12,065 nucleotides of DNA from Sulfurihydrogenibium sp. Its GTDB lineage: Bacteria; Aquificota; Aquificia; Aquificales; Hydrogenothermaceae. Shown here in pieces: positions 5,717-12,065 of this stretch. The translations under genes were made by a program, and so were the position numbers. How positions within the stretch are numbered: the stretch's first letter is position 1; each line of letters opens with the position of its first letter. The notes under the pieces were generated by a model, which searched no databases, was not told where the DNA came from, and saw only the letters and a program-made list of their open reading frames with translations. Location: contig JBBIPN010000040.1 in the NCBI GenBank assembly GCA_037442825.1, positions 1 through 12,065 on the forward strand, written 5' to 3'.

Positions 5717-6678
5717 CTTTTTTTCTTGTTGTGTGCCTCTTTTATTTTATTTTTTAACCTAGATACAGATAAGTCAAGTTCTTCCATAACTTCCCAAGCA
5801 GGTCCAGAAATACCGAATCTATCTTCTACACCATGCCTTACTAAAATTGTTGGGTATTCTTCAGATAAAACTTCTGCTACTGCACTACCAAGACCGCCGA
5901 TTATAGAATGTTCTTCTGTTGTAACAATTGCATTGGTTTTTTTTGCTGTTTCTATTATAAGTTCTCTATCTATTGGTTTAATAGAAGACATATTTATAAC
6001 TTCAACATCTATTCCTTCTTCTTCAAGTTCATATGCAGCTTGTAAAGCCATTGATACCATTACGCCGCAAGCTATTACTGAGACATCCTTTCCTTCTTTT
6101 AAAACATAACCTTTTCCAAGTTCAAATTGATAATCCTGTGGCATGATTATTGGAAATTTTTCCCTTCCCATTCTTATATAAAATGGTTCTTTTATCCAAT
6201 GTACTTTTTCTAAAACTTTCTCCATCTCTATACTATCAGCAGGTACTATTATGTTCATATTTGGTAATGTCCTCATTAAAGATATATCTTCATTCATCTG
6301 GTGGGATGCTCCATCTTGTCCTACAGATACACCACCATGTGATGCAACAAGTTTTACATTTAATTTATTGTATGCTATTTGTTGTCTTATTATTTCCCAA
6401 GGTCTTCCTGCTAAGAATATAGCAAAAGATGATGCATAAACAGTTTTACCTGCATATGCAAGTCCAGCAGCTATACCTATTAGATTTTGTTCTGCAATTC
6501 CTGCATTAAAAAATCTATCTGGATATGCTATATGAAATTTATGAGTTCTTGTTGATTCTGATAAATCTGCATCTAAAACAACCATATTAGGATCTTCTTT
6601 GCCAAGTTTAGCCAACATCTCTCCGTATGTATCTCTCAAAGCTTTTTTGGGAAGCTTATTTATATCTACTGCCAACAT
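5713..6678 (-). CDS. Transketolase, C-terminal subunit (pyrimidine-binding and C domains)
   Basis: Motifs DADLSEST, GIAEQN, GQDGASHQ, IKPID and EEHSIIGGLGSAVAE. Confidence 0.93.
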   Translation of the reverse strand: MLAVDINKLPKKALRDTYGEMLAKLGKEDPNMVVLDADLSESTRTHKFHIAYPDRFFNAGIAEQNLIGIAAGLAYAGKTVYASSFAIFLAGRPWEIIRQQIAYNKLNVKLVASHGGVSVGQDGASHQMNEDISLMRTLPNMNIIVPADSIEMEKVLEKVHWIKEPFYIRMGREKFPIIMPQDYQFELGKGYVLKEGKDVSVIACGVMVSMALQAAYELEEEGIDVEVINMSSIKPIDRELIIETAKKTNAIVTTEEHSIIGGLGSAVAEVLSEEYPTILVRHGVEDRFGISGPAWEVMEELDLSVSRLKNKIKEAHNKKKR

Positions 6679-7529
6679 TATCTACCTCCTGTAAGTTCTA
6701 AAATTGCTTTTTCGTATTCTTCTTTATTTGGTGCAACACCATGCCATTTAAAGTTATTCTCCATAAATGATACACCTTTACCTTTAATTGTATGGGCTAT
6801 TATCATTGTTGGTTTTTCTCTGTTTTCTAGAGCTCTGTTGAAAGCATCTATTATCTGTTGGTAGTTATGTCCATCAATCTCTATTACATACCAGTTGAAT
6901 GCTTCATACTTTTCTCTTAATGGGTGGATATTTACAATTTTTCTAACATCTCCGTCTATTTGAAGATTGTTATTGTCTAATATTGCTATAAGATTGTTTA
7001 GTTTGTGATGTCCTGCAAACATAGCTGCTTCCCAAGTCATTCCTTCTTGTATCTCACCGTCTCCAAGCATTACATAAACTTTATAATCCTTTCCAGAAAG
7101 TTTTCCGGCTAATGCTTGCCCAATAGCTACAGATAAACCTTGTCCTAATGAACCTGTTGAAGCTTCAGCACCTGGTACACCATGTTTATTTCCTTGCCAT
7201 GCTGGATGACCTTGTAATCTGCTATATCCATCTGGAGCATAACCTTTTGTTTTTCTATAAGAAAGCAACTCTTCATAAGGTATATAACCAGCTTTAGCTA
7301 AAACAGAGTATAATGCTGGTGATGCATGACCTTTAGATAGTATAAATCTATCTCTATCTTCCCACCATGGGTTTTTTGGATCATACTTTAAAAATCTACC
7401 AAAGTATAAAACTGTAAGGATATCAATAGCAGATAAGGAACCACCAGGATGACCAGATTGAGCATTGTAAACCATATTAATAATATCAATTCTAAGTTGT
7501 TTTGCAATTTCTTGTAGCTTTTCTATCAA
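6678..7529 (-). CDS. Transketolase, N-terminal ThDP-binding subunit (TTG start)
   Basis: Motifs SGHPGGSLS, DRFILSKGH, LQGHP, STGSLGQG, GDGE..EG...NN and TIKGKG...WHG; SD GGAGG at about 7536-7540. Confidence 0.94.
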   Translation of the reverse strand: MIEKLQEIAKQLRIDIINMVYNAQSGHPGGSLSAIDILTVLYFGRFLKYDPKNPWWEDRDRFILSKGHASPALYSVLAKAGYIPYEELLSYRKTKGYAPDGYSRLQGHPAWQGNKHGVPGAEASTGSLGQGLSVAIGQALAGKLSGKDYKVYVMLGDGEIQEGMTWEAAMFAGHHKLNNLIAILDNNNLQIDGDVRKIVNIHPLREKYEAFNWYVIEIDGHNYQQIIDAFNRALENREKPTMIIAHTIKGKGVSFMENNFKWHGVAPNKEEYEKAILELTGGR

Positions 7530-7539
7530 TTTTTACCTC

Positions 7540-8202
7540 CTATTTTTCAAAATTTATATTTGATATTTTCATTCTCATTAAAATCTGTCCATTGTTTGTA
7601 AAATCAATTTCATCTAAGTTGTATTCTGCATTGTACTCTTTATATTGAATTTTTCTAAGTTCTCCATTTTCGTAAAATAGTGTATAGTATGGTCTTTTTA
7701 CTTTTAAATAGTTTCCATCACATTCAAAATTTTCGTTTTCTTTAATATCAAATTTCTTTAAAACAATACTTTTTAAAAGGTTTATATCCACTAAAGGTGT
7801 AGCTTGTGGAAAATATAACGATATTAATGAAGATATTTCATCCCAATTACATGATTGGAAATTAGATGCTTTAACACATAAATTATTTTCTTTTCTTTCT
7901 ATTGCTAAAACGTTTTTACCAAAAGGTGAAGATACATATATATTTTCTGTATCTTTAAACTCACCTTTTATTAAAACTGGCAATCCAGAAACCATTGCAG
8001 AACCAGCAAAACTAAACTTTTCTGGAATAATATTATCTTTTTGTTTTACCTCTTTAAACTTGGATTCACAATAAAATGGTTGAAATGTAGTTGTAGAACA
8101 AGAATTTAGAAATATAGAGATAACCAAGCTTACAAAAATAAATCTAAATTTCATTATAAAACTTTTGATATTTTCTCTATTTTTATCTGATTTATTTATC
8201 AT
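7540..8202 (-). CDS. Hypothetical lipoprotein, possibly LolB-like fold
   Basis: A hydrophobic stretch ends in lipobox LNS-C35. The mature part looks beta-rich and has four more Cys. SD GAGGT precedes the ATG at 8202; an alternative start at 8154 (MKFRF) gives a more standard signal length. Confidence 0.7.
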   Translation of the reverse strand: MINKSDKNRENIKSFIMKFRFIFVSLVISIFLNSCSTTTFQPFYCESKFKEVKQKDNIIPEKFSFAGSAMVSGLPVLIKGEFKDTENIYVSSPFGKNVLAIERKENNLCVKASNFQSCNWDEISSLISLYFPQATPLVDINLLKSIVLKKFDIKENENFECDGNYLKVKRPYYTLFYENGELRKIQYKEYNAEYNLDEIDFTNNGQILMRMKISNINFEK

Positions 8203-8253
8203 TGTTGAACCTCAAAAAGTTTTCTTATTTAAATTTATTTCTTCAATTTTAAT

Positions 8254-9915
8254 CTACAATGATTTTAATTTTTTTAACACTCGATCTTTTTGGTTTGGTT
8301 CTCCTTCACCTTTCTTTTCTATAAGTTTTAAAGCTTTTTTATAAAATTCTTTAGCTTCTTTCTTTTTATTTAGTCTCAATAAAATATCTCCATAATGTTC
8401 GTTTAAAACTGGGTCATCAGATATTTTATCAAGAGCTTTTTTTATTAACTCTTCAGCTTTTTTGTAATCTCCTTTCTTATAGTATCCCCAACCTAAGCTA
8501 TCTAAGTATGCAGGACTATCTGGAAATGTTTCAAGAGCTTTTTTAACAAGCTCTATACCTTTGTCTATGTTTATATCTCTGTCTATATAAGTGTATCCAA
8601 GATAATTAAGTGCATCTGCATAGTTTGGTCTTATCTCAAGAGCTTTTAAAAGATTTTTTTCTGCTTCGCTCCAATTGCCAAGTTTATCTAAATACATAGC
8701 TTCCATAAAATAGATGGTAGGGTCATTTTTAGCTATTTTTTCTGCTTCTTTTATAACTTCTAAAGCTCTTTTCGTATCTCCTCTTTTATCTTCAATATCT
8801 GCTATAGATAGTAAAATTCTATAATCTTTTGGATTTTGGACATACTTTTTATTTAAGATTTCTAAAGCTTTATCATACTCTTTTGTCTGTAGGTATACAT
8901 TAACAAGTCTGTCTATCAGTTCTTCATTATCTTGCTGAACTGAATATAGTTCTTCATAGATTTTTTTTGCATTTTGATAGTCTTCTAAAGCTTCATAAGC
9001 CATTCCAAGTGTGAATTTCATAACTAAATTATCTGGATTTTCTTTTAAACTTTGTTTTATTTCTTCTAAAACTTCTTTTGTTTTCCCAAATTTCATATAA
9101 AGTAAAAATTTCTTTAGTAATGAATCACTATCTTGAGGATTTAAACTTATGATTTTATTTATATTTTCAGAAGCATTTTTAAAATCTCCTTTATCTACAT
9201 AAACTTGAAAAAGTCTATTTAATGCTTCTAAGTTCTTTGGATTGGTTTTTAAGATATTTTTATAGATATTTATAGCTTCGTCATACTTTTTCAGCTGTCT
9301 ATAAATTTCTCCAAGAAGTTGCCAAGATGGGTTATAATCTTTGTCAATTTCAAGGGATTTTTTTAAGTAAAAAATAGCTTTCTCAGTATTATTTTCAAAT
9401 AGATAAATTCTCGCTAATTTGTAGTATACAGATGGATCTCCTTTTTTTATCTCTACTAATTTTTCTAAAAGATTTTTAGCATTTTTAAAGTCTTTCTGTT
9501 GTATATAGCTGTCTACTAAATTTGAAATTATTTTTTCATTGTTTGGAAACTTTTTATATCCTTCTTCTAATGTTTCTTTAGATTTAACATCTTCTTTTAT
9601 AACACTGTAAAAGAATGCAGCAAATAAATATGTATCAGCTTTATCTTTAAATTTCTCTAAGTATTTTTTTAGATAATCAAAAGCTTCCTCTTTTTTTCCA
9701 ATACTATAAGATAGGAAAATAAACTCTCTGTATATGTAAGGTGTATCTGGCATTAATGTTATTGCTTTTTTACAGTATTCATAGGCAGTATTTATATCGT
9801 TATTATCTTTTGCTACTTTACAAACACCATAATAAAAAAGAGGGTTCTCATTTTGATTTACACCAGCAAAGGTTATATTTACAGCTAATAAAGTTGATAA
9901 TAAAAATTTTTTCAT
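8254..9915 (-). CDS. Exported tetratricopeptide-repeat protein
   Basis: Signal peptide MKKFLLSTLLAVNITFA, many 34-aa TPR units, and C-terminal ALNYLGY...YLDSLGWGYY...EHYGD. Confidence 0.92.
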   Translation of the reverse strand: MKKFLLSTLLAVNITFAGVNQNENPLFYYGVCKVAKDNNDINTAYEYCKKAITLMPDTPYIYREFIFLSYSIGKKEEAFDYLKKYLEKFKDKADTYLFAAFFYSVIKEDVKSKETLEEGYKKFPNNEKIISNLVDSYIQQKDFKNAKNLLEKLVEIKKGDPSVYYKLARIYLFENNTEKAIFYLKKSLEIDKDYNPSWQLLGEIYRQLKKYDEAINIYKNILKTNPKNLEALNRLFQVYVDKGDFKNASENINKIISLNPQDSDSLLKKFLLYMKFGKTKEVLEEIKQSLKENPDNLVMKFTLGMAYEALEDYQNAKKIYEELYSVQQDNEELIDRLVNVYLQTKEYDKALEILNKKYVQNPKDYRILLSIADIEDKRGDTKRALEVIKEAEKIAKNDPTIYFMEAMYLDKLGNWSEAEKNLLKALEIRPNYADALNYLGYTYIDRDINIDKGIELVKKALETFPDSPAYLDSLGWGYYKKGDYKKAEELIKKALDKISDDPVLNEHYGDILLRLNKKKEAKEFYKKALKLIEKKGEGEPNQKDRVLKKLKSL

Positions 9916-10763
9916 TATTGACTCCTAAATACTAAAACAGAAACAGGAGAGTTTTTAAGCACTTCATAAGAAACAGATCCTATGAACAGTCTGTTTGTAT
10001 CTTTTACCTTTCTTTTTCCTAAGATAATTAAATCTATATTGTTTTCAGTAGCATATTTAACTATATCCTTTTCTGGTTTTCCTTCCAGATAGAAAGTATT
10101 TATCTCTGGAAGATCTATTTTAAGTTGACTTAACTTCTCTATTTTTTGTTGTTTTACCTTTTCGTAGATAGATTTTATATGTGTAAAATGTGCATCGTTG
10201 TCAACATGTAAAACTGTTATATTAGACTGGAATACTTTAGCAAAATTTAATGCAAAATTAAGTGCATCTTTAGAAGAAGGAAGGAAATCGTAAGCAACTA
10301 AAATGTTTTTAAAATCTTTTTTATCATTTTTTAAGACTAAGACAGGATTTTTGGACTTTGATGCTATTCTTAGAGCATTACTACCTATGGCTATTTTTTC
10401 AATGTTTGACTTTTTTGATTCTAAAACTGTTAAATCAATTTGGTTAACTTCACTAAAATCTAATACAGACTCTACAACTTGCCCTTCTAAAATAATAGAA
10501 CTTACTTTTAATCCTTCTTTTTCAAGTTTGTCTCTATAATTATATAAAACTTCCTTGGTTTTTTCTTTCAGTTTTTCTTTTAGGTTTAAGATTGCATTCT
10601 TTTCTTCTTCGGGTAATTCATCTAAAAATGGGATATCTACAGGTTCGATAACAGTCAATAGAAATATCTCACTATCAAAATACCTAGCAATTTTTGACGA
10701 TACTTCTATAATAAACTCGCTTTTTTCTGTTAAGTCTATGGGAACAAGGATTTTACGAAGCAT
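9915..10763 (-). CDS. Universal stress protein with two tandem USP domains
   Basis: KILVPIDLTEKS...IGSNA...PVLVLK and NILVAYDFLPSS...DLIILG...FIGSVS...SVLVFR. Confidence 0.93.
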   Translation of the reverse strand: MLRKILVPIDLTEKSEFIIEVSSKIARYFDSEIFLLTVIEPVDIPFLDELPEEEKNAILNLKEKLKEKTKEVLYNYRDKLEKEGLKVSSIILEGQVVESVLDFSEVNQIDLTVLESKKSNIEKIAIGSNALRIASKSKNPVLVLKNDKKDFKNILVAYDFLPSSKDALNFALNFAKVFQSNITVLHVDNDAHFTHIKSIYEKVKQQKIEKLSQLKIDLPEINTFYLEGKPEKDIVKYATENNIDLIILGKRKVKDTNRLFIGSVSYEVLKNSPVSVLVFRSQ

Positions 10764-11250
10764 TTTTTAACCTTTCTTTTGCATACTCCATTAAACCACC
10801 AGCTTGCAATACTTTTTGGAGATTTTCAGGTAAAGGTTTAATTTTGTATTCCTTATTTTTTGTTGTATTTCTAATTATTCCTTGATTTATATCTATCTCT
10901 AAGATATCTCCTTCTTCTGCTTCTTTAGCTGCTTCTGGAGATTCTATAATTAAAAGACCTAAGTTTATAGCATTTCTAAAAAATATTCTTGCGAAAGATT
11001 CTGCTATTACTGCAGAAATACCAGCTCCCTTTATGGCAAGTGGTGCATGCTCTCTTGAAGAGCCACAACCAAAGTTTTTACCTGCTATAAGTATATCACC
11101 TTCTTTTACTTTTGAAGGGAATGTTGAATCTGCGTCTTCCATTACGTGTTTAGCAAGCTCTTTAGGATCTGTAGTTACAAGGTATCTTGCTGGTATAATC
11201 TGGTCTGTATCAACATCATCTTTAAATTTCCAAACTTTTCCTTTAATCAT
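10753..11250 (-). CDS. leuD: 3-isopropylmalate dehydratase small subunit (short LeuD/HacB/DmdB type)
   Basis: Motifs DVDTDQIIPARYL, GKNFGCGSSREHAP, SFARIFFRNAINLGL and AGGL; SD GGAGG at 11256-11260. Confidence 0.92.
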   Translation of the reverse strand: MIKGKVWKFKDDVDTDQIIPARYLVTTDPKELAKHVMEDADSTFPSKVKEGDILIAGKNFGCGSSREHAPLAIKGAGISAVIAESFARIFFRNAINLGLLIIESPEAAKEAEEGDILEIDINQGIIRNTTKNKEYKIKPLPENLQKVLQAGGLMEYAKERLKNAS

Positions 11251-11306
11251 GTTTGCCTCCTATTTTAGGTTAAAATTATTATAACAAAATTTGATGGAGG
11301 CAATTT
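11251..11306. promoter_or_regulatory. Compact divergent promoter region between leuD and trpS
   Basis: The 56-bp gap holds TAAAAT on + (11271-11276), TGtTATAAT on - (11278-11286) and a GGAGG SD on each strand. Confidence 0.55.
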
Positions 11307-12065
11307 ATGAGAATTGTTAGCGGTATGCGTCCTACTGGAAAACTTCACCTTGGCCATTACTTTGGTGTTATTAAAAATTGGTTAAATCTTCAAGATAAAA
11401 ATCAATGCTTATTTTTTGTTGCAGATTGGCATGCTTTAACAAATAAATATAAAGAGACATCAGATTTAAAAGAAAATGTATATGACCTTGTTATAGATTG
11501 GCTTTCCTGTGGTATAGAAGCAGAAAAGAGTGTTATATTTTTACAATCAGCTATTAAAGAGCATAGTGAACTTGCTTTACTTTTAGGGATGATTACGCCT
11601 AAAAGTTGGTTAGAGTTAAATCCATCTTATAAAGATTTAAAATTTAACTTGACATTTCAGTATGTTAGAGATTTTATTTTTGGTAAAGGTATAAAGATAG
11701 ATGAAGAAAAACTTTACGATATTGTTTATAAAGCATTCTATCATAAAAAAGAGTTTGATTATAACTATCTGCAAAAATCTTTGTTAGATTTTAATTTAGA
11801 GGAAGAGATAATTAAAGAGATTATACATAACATAAAGGAAGGAGATATTGGAAAAGATATAGATACCTTTGGATTTTTTGGATACCCAGTTCTTATGGCG
11901 GCAGATATTCTTATCTACAATGCTGAAGCTGTACCAGTAGGAGAAGATCAGCTTCCACATATTGAGATAACAAGAGAGATAGCAAGAAGATTTAATTATC
12001 TTTATAGTCCAGTGTTTGTAGAACCAAAAGCTTTACTTACAGAGTCTTCAAAACTTCTGGGAATA
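11307..12065 (+). CDS. trpS: Tryptophanyl-tRNA synthetase, 5' part; runs off the right edge
   Basis: Not in the ORF track. Manual translation gives MRIVSGMRPTGKLHLGHY (HIGH motif), ADWHALT, GYPVLMAADIL and VPVGEDQLPHIEITREIARRFN. SD GGAGG at 11296-11300. Confidence 0.97.
   Translation, partial: MRIVSGMRPTGKLHLGHYFGVIKNWLNLQDKNQCLFFVADWHALTNKYKETSDLKENVYDLVIDWLSCGIEAEKSVIFLQSAIKEHSELALLLGMITPKSWLELNPSYKDLKFNLTFQYVRDFIFGKGIKIDEEKLYDIVYKAFYHKKEFDYNYLQKSLLDFNLEEEIIKEIIHNIKEGDIGKDIDTFGFFGYPVLMAADILIYNAEAVPVGEDQLPHIEITREIARRFNYLYSPVFVEPKALLTESSKLLGI

Noticed and set aside
5726..6439. Plus-strand ORFs 5726..6109, 6150..6422 and 6251..6439
   Set aside because: They are antisense to the transketolase C subunit and show no recognisable motifs.
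5713..7529. Transketolase as a broken pseudogene, or as DXP synthase
   Set aside because: Two-subunit transketolases are a known form. Both halves are complete, with SD-like sequences and a TAATG coupling overlap, and the motifs fit transketolase.
9741..11284. Plus-strand ORFs 9741..9935, 10303..10539, 10555..10770 and 11033..11284
   Set aside because: They are antisense shadows of the TPR, usp and leuD genes.
11652..11852. Intein or intron within trpS
   Set aside because: The insert is too short for an intein and lacks the N-terminal Cys/Ser and C-terminal His-Asn splice motifs. It stays in frame and shows no structured-RNA signature.

Overview
AT-rich bacterial chromosomal segment (by eye roughly 30% GC or less). 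Gene content, dense gene overlaps and the TrpRS insertion suggest Aquificota, possibly Hydrogenothermaceae; this is inference only. Left to right: 5' part of a GH57 (DUF1957-type) glucan branching enzyme (-); a small lipoprotein made of seven APAEQQA repeats (-); a coupled FIST + GGDEF gene pair (-); tRNA-Ser(GGA) and SRP RNA (ffs) behind a strong sigma70 promoter (+); a frameshifted psiE-family gene preceded by an 11-bp tandem Pho-box-like repeat, then a PhoB-like regulator with no adjacent kinase (+); a secreted DUF302 protein (-); a long mixed minus-strand operon (leuD, usp, TPR protein, unknown lipoprotein, split transketolase N/C, trpF, CDP-alcohol phosphotransferase); and the 5' part of trpS (+) with an insertion of about 65 aa. 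I saw no mobile element, CRISPR array or defence system, and most of the window is housekeeping. The best leads for something undescribed, all hypotheses, are the repeat lipoprotein ending in Lys, the FIST-diguanylate cyclase module with twin upstream palindromes, the Pho-box/psiE/phoB unit and the possible LolB-like lipoprotein after the TPR gene.
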